A DNA stretch of 64,000 nt. Origin: Calditrichales bacterium (lineage in GTDB: Bacteria > Calditrichota > Calditrichia > Calditrichales > J004). Position 1 is the first letter of the stretch. The number at the start of each line of letters is the position of its first letter. Where the stretch lies: NCBI GenBank assembly GCA_965267575.1, contig OZ254086.1:352001-416000 (forward strand), written 5' to 3'. This document shows positions 1-9,192 of the stretch, piece by piece. Made by a program: the position numbers and the translations under genes. The notes beneath the pieces are model-generated. The model ran no database searches, was not told where the DNA came from, and saw only the letters and a list, made by a program, of their open reading frames with translations.

Positions 1-496
1 CAATTATGCCGATTACCACATCCGACGAGCCGAAACCGCTATCCCAGGCTTCTGGCGCTTTTACCTGTGGCAGGTGAAACAGCGAAGAATATCGCGTATC
101 GTTCGGCTCGGCATCGAATTCGTCAATGTAAACAGGTTCCGCATATTCAACATCAGGCCGCTTGTTCAAATCATTTACGATTCTTTCAATATCCTCAGTC
201 TCAGAGACAGTCATCACTTTTACATTTTCGAGGTTAAGACGAAAAGCCAGCTCTTTATCTTTAACATCCTTAAATACTTGTTCCGTTTGCTGTACGCCAT
301 ATTGTGCCTGAACTTCACTCTGGGCCTGATTGTTACTTTTCTGCAGAAAATGGTCTCGCTTAAATTTTACAATAAATTTGCCCGGCACGTACTTCTTACC
401 GTCTGCCGTAACACCCGCATCTGAGTTTTGTGCGGAAGCACCAAAAACAAACAAAGGCAGCATTAAAACGATAAAGTAAAGAACTAACTTTCTCAT
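1..496 (-). CDS. S8 (subtilisin-like) serine peptidase, N-terminal part; runs off the window edge
   Basis: Manual translation from the ATG at 496 (GGAG SD upstream): MRKLVLYFIVLMLPLFVFGASA signal peptide, YVPGKFIVKFK propeptide, VEYAEPVYI...EPND...HLPQVKAPEAWD..GSSDVVIGII, ending just before the catalytic Asp. Missing from the ORF track because it has no stop in the window. Confidence 0.88.
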   Translation of the reverse strand, partial: MRKLVLYFIVLMLPLFVFGASAQNSDAGVTADGKKYVPGKFIVKFKRDHFLQKSNNQAQSEVQAQYGVQQTEQVFKDVKDKELAFRLNLENVKVMTVSETEDIERIVNDLNKRPDVEYAEPVYIDEFDAEPNDTRYSSLFHLPQVKAPEAWDSGFGSSDVVIGII

Positions 497-506
497 AAGG
501 GACTCC

Positions 507-1868
507 TTATCTATGAACCTGAATTTTTTCTTCCCACGAGGGATCCTGTAATTCACCTATCTTTGTTGAGTGCAGAAGTGTCATTTCGGAGTAGCTATAT
601 AGTTCGGCAAATACAAAAATAACACCGCCTTCGATATTGAAATAATTCCATATCTCATATGGCTTTCTAAATGAACGATTGGGATATCTTTCAACTTCAT
701 TGGGCTCACCATAGATGCAAAAAACGCGTCCACGATCTGTTTGCCAACCCTCTTTACCCATGGTGTTAAACCGTTTATTAGCGATTTCTATTCTCTGAAA
801 ATATTCATATTTAAACCTGTTAATCGCAGGATCGCCGTCATTATCTCTTCTTTTCCAGAATTCGTCTAGAAAAGATCGCTTAGCCTCGACGCCTTGCAAT
901 CCTTTCCACACTGAAATTTCAGCAGAAGTGGCGATATAAACGCACATACTAAAAACTTCATCAAGCTGGTTTTCCGTCATTTGTGAATATTCAGAATGGA
1001 AGGCGTATTTTTGTTGGTTTCCCGTCGTGTCAACAACGCCGGGATTATAGATGGTAAAACGCTTAAAGCTCGTAGCCTGTTTGTTTGCTTCTTCGTCTTT
1101 TAACGATATCTTCATTTGGTAGCTGCCGGTTTCAAAACCGGAAACGTTAATGGCCTGCACAAACGGAACGGCCGTCAGTTTTGATGACACCTTTCTTTCG
1201 CGTTTGTAAACACTTATCCCAAACTGATTTTCAATACTGTAGCCGACCGTAAGATACTCGGATTTGCTGCCGCGACTGAGGTTATAAAGCTCCGTATAAA
1301 AATAGAGGACAGGCAGGTCCTGCCCGTAAATACCACTGGTATTGGGAACTACTTCATAATTGTTTTTACTAAAGATCGTTTTACTGGCTGGATTGGATTT
1401 GTCCAGGGATGAGGCAAATTGAATGTCACTTACAGAAAAGAGCTTTTCGTTAAGACCATCGATATTAAATACAAAAGAAATACTATCTGTTGCCCCTTTT
1501 GAATTTAAGTCTTCCGCCCTGAGCTCACAGATATACTGCCCTTCGGGAAAAGAAAACTTCAGAATCCCGGTTAGAGCATCGCTTTCATTCTTCGACTGTG
1601 AAAAAACATATTTTTTATTAAGAAGAGCGATTTTGTCATTTCTGGAAAAAAACTTTACCAGAAGACCACCCTCAATAAGTGTATCATTTTCGGAAATTTC
1701 GGAAGTCATTCCTTCATGGTAAAACGTAAAGTATAATTCCAGTCTGCCGGTCGAATCACTCTCCCCAAAGCGGGCAGCATCAAAATCCGCATCAAAATTC
1801 TGAGCGCTAAGCTGATGCGCAAACAATGATAGCATGCAAGCTATTATACAATAAGACAGTTTATTCAT
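507..1868 (-). CDS. GWxTD domain-containing exported protein
   Basis: C-terminal FW..RD...EYFQRI..AN..F...GWQTDRGRVF..YGEP...YEIWNY signature. Signal peptide from MNKLSY (start moved from 1910, which falls in a terminator). Confidence 0.9.
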   Translation of the reverse strand: MNKLSYCIIACMLSLFAHQLSAQNFDADFDAARFGESDSTGRLELYFTFYHEGMTSEISENDTLIEGGLLVKFFSRNDKIALLNKKYVFSQSKNESDALTGILKFSFPEGQYICELRAEDLNSKGATDSISFVFNIDGLNEKLFSVSDIQFASSLDKSNPASKTIFSKNNYEVVPNTSGIYGQDLPVLYFYTELYNLSRGSKSEYLTVGYSIENQFGISVYKRERKVSSKLTAVPFVQAINVSGFETGSYQMKISLKDEEANKQATSFKRFTIYNPGVVDTTGNQQKYAFHSEYSQMTENQLDEVFSMCVYIATSAEISVWKGLQGVEAKRSFLDEFWKRRDNDGDPAINRFKYEYFQRIEIANKRFNTMGKEGWQTDRGRVFCIYGEPNEVERYPNRSFRKPYEIWNYFNIEGGVIFVFAELYSYSEMTLLHSTKIGELQDPSWEEKIQVHR

Positions 1869-1892
1869 CGTGCTTTCGTTAAAGTAATCCCT

Positions 1893-1924
1893 AAAAAAAA
1901 ATAGCCCCACGTGGGGGCTATTTT
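1893..1924 (-). terminator. Intrinsic terminator after the PorV/PorQ-family gene
   Basis: AAAATAGCCCC / GGGGCTATTTT inverted repeat followed by a T-run on the minus strand. Confidence 0.8.
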
Positions 1925-1940
1925 CAATATCACCAATAGA

Positions 1941-2966
1941 TTAATATGATAATTTCAACGAAAAGATGTTGTTATTATCAAAATAATCCGTAACCTGGCG
2001 GAAGGCGTAATCGATATAAAGATTGAAATCGCCTATACCGTATTTAATACCGGCACCGGCCGAGAAACCGTAAATACTTTCTGCATCAAGATCGGTAACC
2101 GTATTGTAACCGGCTCTTAAAAAGACCATATCATTATAGCCAAATTCTAAGCCACCCAGAATCTCATCATAATAATCATTATTATTTGAAAACGCTGCGT
2201 TTGCCCGTACGTTGGCTACTTCAGACAGGTCATACTTATAGCTAAGGCCGAATCCAAACACGGACGGTATCTCAGAGTCTTGTGCTATTGCACGGAAATA
2301 ACCATTCTCCGCATTAGGTCCCGCGTTGGGTATGCGAGCTTCCCTTTCAAGGTTGCGGCCGTCATACTGAAGCTTGGTACCAACGTTTTTCATGGCTACG
2401 CCAAAACGGAAATTCTCGTTAAAGATATACTGAACCCCAAAATCGATGGCCATTGCCGTACCGCCTGTCTGCATGATTTCTTCACTGACATACTTACCGG
2501 TAACACCAGCGATAATCCTGTCAGTAAGGAATCTTGAGTAGGTCAAACCAACAACAAAAAACGTTGGTGAATATGTACGGCCTGTTCCATCGGGCTGATC
2601 AACGGTCGTTTCTTCAATATCTCCGAAGTCGAGACTTTGGATATGAAAACCGAATGTTCCTAATCCCGTTGAAGCAAGTGTAGCACCCAGGTAGTTTTGC
2701 TTAATGTCCGCAATATACGCGGTATTACTAAACATCACTTCAGAGTTGGTAGAAGCTGCAATACCCGCGGGATTCCAGTGAATGGCCTCAACACCTTGTG
2801 CAGAGGCTATAGCGCTGTTACCCATAGAGATAGAACGGGCGCCAATTGGCAAAAGCAACTGGGTCGCCGCGGTCGTACCAACGCGGTCAATGTCTCCGGC
2901 ATGGCCAACAGCTATCATTAAAAATGATAACGAAAGGCACGCCAATACTTTTTTATACTTTTTCAT
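1941..2966 (-). CDS. PorV/PorQ-family outer-membrane beta-barrel (paralog 1)
   Basis: GTTAATQLLLPIGARSISMG...AIHWNPAGIA N-terminal signature, amphipathic strands, LRAGY, terminal LKLSY. Start at MKKYKK after a GAGG SD. Confidence 0.88.
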   Translation of the reverse strand: MKKYKKVLACLSLSFLMIAVGHAGDIDRVGTTAATQLLLPIGARSISMGNSAIASAQGVEAIHWNPAGIAASTNSEVMFSNTAYIADIKQNYLGATLASTGLGTFGFHIQSLDFGDIEETTVDQPDGTGRTYSPTFFVVGLTYSRFLTDRIIAGVTGKYVSEEIMQTGGTAMAIDFGVQYIFNENFRFGVAMKNVGTKLQYDGRNLEREARIPNAGPNAENGYFRAIAQDSEIPSVFGFGLSYKYDLSEVANVRANAAFSNNNDYYDEILGGLEFGYNDMVFLRAGYNTVTDLDAESIYGFSAGAGIKYGIGDFNLYIDYAFRQVTDYFDNNNIFSLKLSY

Positions 2967-3007
2967 AGTCTTTCCCTCACATATATGACTTATGTAGATG
3001 TTCATGA

Positions 3008-6000
3008 TTAGTAACGATCGATTCGTTCTTCTCTTTGAACAATACCGAACTTAAGAACCTTGTTACCTACTCCCGGTACTTCAATATGCGCAATATACAT
3101 GCCCGACGATACTTTCAGTCCGGCTTCATTGCGAAGATCCCAGGAGACCTCATTACGTTCACCGTTTTTCTTGATCGTTTTAACCAACTGACCGGCCAGG
3201 TTAAATATCCGGATCGTGGCGACCTGATCAATATGAGTGAATTTGATTACAGGTGTGTCATAGCTCGATTCATAAGAACTGTATGCGAAATAAGGATTAG
3301 GAACTACTCGAGCGCTCTCAAGAACATCTTTTCTTTGCTGAACCGACAATTCTTCGCCAAGGACAGCAGATGAAAAGCTGAATACATCAGCATCTGAATT
3401 AACGAAAGTAGGAGTAATCGTTAATTCGTTTACGTTCGTTTGTGGTTCCTTACCCTCTGCAGCTACAAGGTTAAGAGCAAGATAGGCATCGTTAATACCA
3501 TTGCTTGCGTAATCAATAGTCGTATCATAGCTGGTGGTCGTTAAAAGCATTACAGTATTATTACCGGAAGAGAAAGGTATATCTCCCCTGATAGAGTTGA
3601 AAATGATATTCAACTTGCGAGGATTGTCCGGATCAGATATGTCAAAAGCGCTGACAGGAATCTGAGCAATATCCTGGAATCTGTTATAGTTCGGAGAAGC
3701 AGACCTATACCAGAATCCTTTGGATGTTAACGAGGTGTCGATAACAACCCGTACTGGGAAATAATCGTCACGCATGACAGAGTCTGCCAGATCAGGAAAG
3801 GCATATTTGGCATAGTTTACGCCACCATTAAAGGTTTTAAACTCACCAAGCGGACTTGTATCAGCCCCACGACCTTCAACCCAAACCGAGTCTGCTGCAG
3901 AGGCTTCAACATTTTTGATGCTGTCTATCTGGTTATAAACGCGAACAGACATTCCATCAACGATTGGGAAGTTCCACTCATCACCTTCCGTACCTTGTAC
4001 AAAGATGCTGTCGAGAACAACCATATTGTCCGTGGTATTTGTAATTTTCCAGAATTCGCCGTTACCGAAGAATGAAATTTCATAATTATCACCGGTTAGC
4101 GCTTCATGGTCGACAACAGATACCTGAACAAATCCTTCACTATTACCGGAAGGATGATCTATACCAGCCTGACTGCTATTGATATCGCGGAAAGGCTTGA
4201 ACGTTGACCCACCAGGTCTTGCGGTGAAGAACCCGGAAGTTCTGCTGGGCTGTAAGAAGCCACCTGCTAATGTAAAATACCAATCATTTTCAACACTGGT
4301 AGTAAGCGTATTCTTCGCAACGTGATTTACATCCATACTAAATGGAATAACGGCAAAATAATACTCTTTGCCATTTACCAGCGGACCGCCATCCGGATCA
4401 AATGCGTCTGTTTCAACCGTGTAACGGAAGTTTCGCGAATTTTCGTCTGCATATTTCGCAGGATCCAGATTATTCTGACCTGTCCATACACGAATCCGGC
4501 CCTGCTTGGTATCCTCGTATAAATCACCATACTGGTTCTTAAGGTCAAACTGAGCAATAGCTTTAGCGTTTTCGATACCATTCACCTGGTTACTTACGTT
4601 GGGTGAGTTAAACTGGTAGATCGTAAAACCTTCCCAAACCTGACGATTTAAGAGCTTATCTGTTACATCATAATCAAACCAGGGTTTAAGGTCGAGAACG
4701 ATATCAACTTTATTATCCAGATTACGCACTTCGTAGCTTGCTGCTGGCGGCGGACCTGCAACAAAGAAGTTAGCATTATATGCTGTTTGAGCAATAAGGT
4801 CTTCTTCTTTAAGCAAACTAACACTATTAAGAGCGTTATTACCCTGTGCAACGATATAAGCAATAACGACGTCTTGTGTATCATTAGCAGCCAACTGGAA
4901 AGGGCCGGAGTTGACCATAAAGCGCTTGTCATCAGGCGGATCATCAAGCCAACCGGTACCAGTTACAGGGTCACCGCTGTAAAGAAATCTCGGATCCGTA
5001 TCGGCTGTAGCACCCGTTCCGAAACCAAAGGTTACAGGATTAATACGCGCCCCGGTACGATCAACACCACCAACCTGGTAGTTACGCGCTTCAGAGGCAT
5101 CATTCGGGTCACCAATTGTTGGGTGACTTTGAATGTAATACATGAAAGACGTCAAGCCCAGGTTACGCATATCAGGAAGCGTGTCGATACCCAGGAAAGG
5201 TCCACGATACAAAAAGGCTGTATCACCAGGAGCGTCAACAACAGGACCCTGGAAAAAGTCCAGCCCAAAAGCGGGTGGGTTAGGGCCGTAGTTGCCATCG
5301 TCACCATCATTATAAATAAAGCCAAGGCTAAGCAACGTATCGCAGCCAATTAGATCATCACGATAGTCGCCGAGGTCAGGGTCCATAACGGCGGAAAAGA
5401 TAAAATCTTCGATATCAGTTCCACCCTGGTTAATTAAGCGGTAACGAATAAACACTACATCACCAAGGGCATCACCTCGGTCAAAACCCCAAAGCTGCTG
5501 ATGAACTTCAATACCCATTGGTTGTGTTTGCAACCGCTGACGTTCGTTAGCTGTACTTCCGTCATTAAAAACAGTCCAAATTATCTTATCACCAATCAAG
5601 TCAGGGCGGTCGACATTAGGATCATATTGTCCGTCACCATTCAGATCCTGAAAATCCGCGCCAAGCTCAACGGCGGTCGCCCAGTCCTGATAGGCAGCGC
5701 TGCCAAAATCATCATCCTTAGTAACGATGTAGAATTTCGCCCTGGCATCATCAGGATCCATGCCCCATTTACCAGGCACAAACTCTTCGATCCTTGAAGC
5801 CGAAATGGTCCAAGCGGTACGCAAGTCACCATCAACGTAACCGGACGCACCAATACCACCGGCAAAAAGGAAGGAGAGGCCTGAGCCTTTGGGATAAAAG
5901 CTATCTCCATCCTGGCCCGTGCTTCCTGCGTTATTCAAGGCCAAGTCTACTTTATTCACATCCATCCTTGTCACCAGGCCGATTGTACCTGGCTTTTGCA

Positions 6001-6091
6001 AAGCCACAACGTTATCGATAACAGCATCTGCGCCGAAACCGAAATGCAGCAATAGCAATGTTACCACAATTGATTTTAAAAAGTTTTTCAT
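3008..6091 (-). CDS. Large secreted protein with T9SS-type CTD, typical neighbour of a TonB receptor
   Basis: Signal peptide, DLNGDGQYD Ca-binding-like loop, FN3-like segment (NGKEYYFAV), CTD VVPNPY...TIRIFNLAGQLVK...WDLRN..G..VSSGMYI. Confidence 0.85.
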   Translation of the reverse strand: MKNFLKSIVVTLLLLHFGFGADAVIDNVVALQKPGTIGLVTRMDVNKVDLALNNAGSTGQDGDSFYPKGSGLSFLFAGGIGASGYVDGDLRTAWTISASRIEEFVPGKWGMDPDDARAKFYIVTKDDDFGSAAYQDWATAVELGADFQDLNGDGQYDPNVDRPDLIGDKIIWTVFNDGSTANERQRLQTQPMGIEVHQQLWGFDRGDALGDVVFIRYRLINQGGTDIEDFIFSAVMDPDLGDYRDDLIGCDTLLSLGFIYNDGDDGNYGPNPPAFGLDFFQGPVVDAPGDTAFLYRGPFLGIDTLPDMRNLGLTSFMYYIQSHPTIGDPNDASEARNYQVGGVDRTGARINPVTFGFGTGATADTDPRFLYSGDPVTGTGWLDDPPDDKRFMVNSGPFQLAANDTQDVVIAYIVAQGNNALNSVSLLKEEDLIAQTAYNANFFVAGPPPAASYEVRNLDNKVDIVLDLKPWFDYDVTDKLLNRQVWEGFTIYQFNSPNVSNQVNGIENAKAIAQFDLKNQYGDLYEDTKQGRIRVWTGQNNLDPAKYADENSRNFRYTVETDAFDPDGGPLVNGKEYYFAVIPFSMDVNHVAKNTLTTSVENDWYFTLAGGFLQPSRTSGFFTARPGGSTFKPFRDINSSQAGIDHPSGNSEGFVQVSVVDHEALTGDNYEISFFGNGEFWKITNTTDNMVVLDSIFVQGTEGDEWNFPIVDGMSVRVYNQIDSIKNVEASAADSVWVEGRGADTSPLGEFKTFNGGVNYAKYAFPDLADSVMRDDYFPVRVVIDTSLTSKGFWYRSASPNYNRFQDIAQIPVSAFDISDPDNPRKLNIIFNSIRGDIPFSSGNNTVMLLTTTSYDTTIDYASNGINDAYLALNLVAAEGKEPQTNVNELTITPTFVNSDADVFSFSSAVLGEELSVQQRKDVLESARVVPNPYFAYSSYESSYDTPVIKFTHIDQVATIRIFNLAGQLVKTIKKNGERNEVSWDLRNEAGLKVSSGMYIAHIEVPGVGNKVLKFGIVQREERIDRY

Positions 6092-6121
6092 GAATATCAC
6101 CTCTTCAAGATTCGACTAAAT

Positions 6122-9001
6122 TTAGAACCTTACCTTCATACCCAAACGAATAATCCTGGGAAGGCCGTATTGACCCGGATTTCTTTCGAAAGCCTCGTAG
6201 TCTGAAGCAAAAGCTTCGGGATCGCTGGAGCTGTTGGTAAACGCTTCACCAACCGGTGTATCAAGGAAGCCCGAGTCACCGGCTTTACCAGTAGAAGCGT
6301 AAACCGCGTTGCTGTTTTCCCTGTCAAACAGGTTTTGTACAACGAGATAAGGCTGCAGCGATATACCCTGGGTTATATTAACATTTCTTTCCAGTTTAAG
6401 GTCAACACGAAACACCCCGTCGCCACGCGCGGAATTTATATACTGCGTCAAGTCACCAAGGTTCGAACCGGCACCCGGCAGCACATTTACAAATTCCAGC
6501 GGTGTATAAGGACGTCCACTGTTATATGTAACAAGCATATTCAAACCGGTATTTTCAAAAAGGTAAAAATTGCCGAGTTGAGGACCTTCGTTTTCAAACG
6601 CTCTAATATCGATAGAAGCTGTCAACGTATGACGTTGATCGAAACTCAGAGGAGCGATTGACTTCGGTGTTTCACCGTCCGTATTTCTGAAGGCAGCGGT
6701 AAATGAGCTCGTTTGGCTTGAACCGGTACCCTGAGCATCAGACAGTGTATAATCCAAACGTGCGCTCAATGGTCCTAAGCGACGCAGGTTAAAACTAAAC
6801 GCCAATCCTTTTACCGTACCAAAGTCAGTATTTGCAGTGGTAAGATAAGGAATGGTATCCTGGCCAAGCTTTGTCAGTTCACGAACGATATTGGTAAGGC
6901 CCTTGACGTTCTTATAAAAAGCGGTCACATCGAGGCTGGCAAAATCACCAATCTGGTGCTTTAAGCCAAACTCATACTGTGTTGTAGTTTCAGACTGCAG
7001 ATTTGAATGGTATGCGGTTCTGTTATCATCTGTTTCCAGAGTCTCAAGCGCAAACCAGTCGGTATAAATATCAAATAACCTGGGTGACTGACGGAAAACA
7101 CCATATTGAGCATGGAAAACCGTTTTTTCTGATACGGGAAAAGCAAAGCCAAAACGTGGGCTAAAATACGTTTCTGCCGGAGCGTCTTCCCAATCTTCGG
7201 GATCTAATCTATTCGGATTAGGCCCAAAACGAAACATATCATTCACGTCACGAATCCGCTTTGTGTTCGGGTCAAAATAATCCCAGCGTATACCAAAATT
7301 CAAGATAAAATCTTCAAATTCGTATTTGTCCTGAATATAGAAGGCGGCTGTAATCGGGCTTTTAGGCCCATCATTTCTCCAGAAATTACCATCATAAGCT
7401 GTCAGGCCCTGATCGGAGTCAATCTCATTACCACGATTATCATAACCAAACATAAATGGTCGTACATCATAATAAGGATCAGTCAGCGAAGGAATTTGGA
7501 GCCCAACGGGTGCGATATTATAGTAGCGAACGGAACTTTGCTCCGCCGTAGCGCCCATTTCGATAAAGTGGTTATCCCACTGTTTCGAGAAATTCAGGTC
7601 CAAACCATAGGTCATAACATTGGATTTTGTATAACCGTTATTTACGCGGCCTTGATCATAAAAAACACCAATTTCATCCTGCAGTACTCGATTACCTTGT
7701 CTCCAATAACCATCTCTGGTAAACATGGGATCACTCGGGTCAACGCGGCCACGATAATAATTTAAATTCGCAGTGGTATCACCGTAAGCTTCCAGGTTAT
7801 CAAACCACACGCCGTCACCGGATTCTGTATCCGTATTACGTACTCGGGCCGTGACATCCCAGAAAGTGTTTTCATCAAGGAAATGAGTAAAGCGCAGAGA
7901 ACCGCCTAAAACGTCTTCCGTATTTAGGGTATTATGCTCACTGTTATTTTTGGCATAAGAGTGAACATAACCATTCCACTCGCGCAGAGAACCATTTGCA
8001 CTAAGCGTTACCTTAAAGTCATCATAGTTAGCATCAAATTTACTGCTAAAACGGATAACTTCACCACCGGTATTCGGCAATGACCTCGAGTCAATACCAA
8101 CAGTAGGTATTTTTAACCCGATTGCACGAGGATTCTCGTCACCTGTGGAGATATATTCACCGGATAAGAAGAAGGACAGGTTTTTACTATCCGGCACGAT
8201 AGGTCCGCTTACATAGCCACTAACCGAATTATAGCCGAAATCGTCGGTAAGTTCGGAGCTTACACCTTCAAAACCACCTGTATATTCACGAGCACCGCTC
8301 TTTGTAACAATATTTACGATACCGGACTGAGCACTACCGTATTTGGCAGAAAAACCACCGAGCTGTGTGGATATCTGTTCAATAGCGTTATCAGGAATAG
8401 TACCCTGAGCGCCACCGCCCAGCAAGTCGTTATAAGGAATACCATCAACGACAACCAGCGTCTCATTTCCACGACCGCCACGAACGTTAATTGTGGCGTT
8501 ACCCGTTTCACCACCGCTACCATCCGCCATTACAACACCGGCGTTCAAGGAAACAACCTGATTAACACCTTTTACAGGAATCCGCTCAATTTCCTCAGAG
8601 TCGATTACCTTTACGGTGTTTGTAGCAGATACTTCGAAAAACGGCTTTTCAGCCACAATGACGATTTGCTCGTCCAGTTCCAGCGTACTGGGCGTCATTT
8701 GCATATCAAGACGCTTGGTGATGTCAGGTACAATCCGCACGTTTTCTACCTTCACTTCACCATAACCAATATAGCTAAAGACAACGTTATACGTACCGGC
8801 CGGTACGTGAAGAATAACATACGAACCGTCAAGGTCCGTAGAGGCACCTAGCAGGGTTCCTTCTACAATAACGTTAACACCCGGCAAGGGATCACCAGTT
8901 TCGCTGTCAGTAATCACACCACTGATCTTACCGGTAGTACCGGCAGACGCAAAGAAAACTGACAACAGAACAAGTGACAGTATTTTGACTAACTTAAACA
9001 T
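6122..9001 (-). CDS. TonB-dependent receptor with N-terminal carboxypeptidase-regulatory-like domain
   Basis: GTTGKISG..D..TGDPLPGVNV N-domain, plug motif NVRGGR.NE..VVVDG and GGFSAKYGSAQSGIVNIVTKSG, terminal PRIIRLGMKVRF. Confidence 0.93.
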   Translation of the reverse strand: MFKLVKILSLVLLSVFFASAGTTGKISGVITDSETGDPLPGVNVIVEGTLLGASTDLDGSYVILHVPAGTYNVVFSYIGYGEVKVENVRIVPDITKRLDMQMTPSTLELDEQIVIVAEKPFFEVSATNTVKVIDSEEIERIPVKGVNQVVSLNAGVVMADGSGGETGNATINVRGGRGNETLVVVDGIPYNDLLGGGAQGTIPDNAIEQISTQLGGFSAKYGSAQSGIVNIVTKSGAREYTGGFEGVSSELTDDFGYNSVSGYVSGPIVPDSKNLSFFLSGEYISTGDENPRAIGLKIPTVGIDSRSLPNTGGEVIRFSSKFDANYDDFKVTLSANGSLREWNGYVHSYAKNNSEHNTLNTEDVLGGSLRFTHFLDENTFWDVTARVRNTDTESGDGVWFDNLEAYGDTTANLNYYRGRVDPSDPMFTRDGYWRQGNRVLQDEIGVFYDQGRVNNGYTKSNVMTYGLDLNFSKQWDNHFIEMGATAEQSSVRYYNIAPVGLQIPSLTDPYYDVRPFMFGYDNRGNEIDSDQGLTAYDGNFWRNDGPKSPITAAFYIQDKYEFEDFILNFGIRWDYFDPNTKRIRDVNDMFRFGPNPNRLDPEDWEDAPAETYFSPRFGFAFPVSEKTVFHAQYGVFRQSPRLFDIYTDWFALETLETDDNRTAYHSNLQSETTTQYEFGLKHQIGDFASLDVTAFYKNVKGLTNIVRELTKLGQDTIPYLTTANTDFGTVKGLAFSFNLRRLGPLSARLDYTLSDAQGTGSSQTSSFTAAFRNTDGETPKSIAPLSFDQRHTLTASIDIRAFENEGPQLGNFYLFENTGLNMLVTYNSGRPYTPLEFVNVLPGAGSNLGDLTQYINSARGDGVFRVDLKLERNVNITQGISLQPYLVVQNLFDRENSNAVYASTGKAGDSGFLDTPVGEAFTNSSSDPEAFASDYEAFERNPGQYGLPRIIRLGMKVRF

Positions 9002-9151
9002 GTAAATCCTCCTGAGCCATGTAATGTTAAGTGAGTTAATAACGATTTTTGAAGTTCTTTTCAGGCTTCCCCCTAAACGTAAAAGAAAACTCTCTTAACA
9101 CGAGGCCAATTTATCTAACTGACACTTCTTCTACTTTATAGAATAATAAAA

Positions 9152-9180
9152 TAAAGAGGGGGAAATTCACCCCCTCTTTA
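9152..9180 (-). terminator. Intrinsic terminator or stabilising hairpin after the Asp-box protein gene
   Basis: TAAAGAGGGGG-aaattca-CCCCCTCTTTA perfect 11-bp stem with T-rich tail on the minus strand. Confidence 0.8.
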
Positions 9181-9192
9181 GTAACAAATCAA

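Noticed and set aside
74-424. 116-aa plus-strand ORF
   Set aside because: Antisense shadow of the S8 peptidase, which has clear family motifs on the minus strand.
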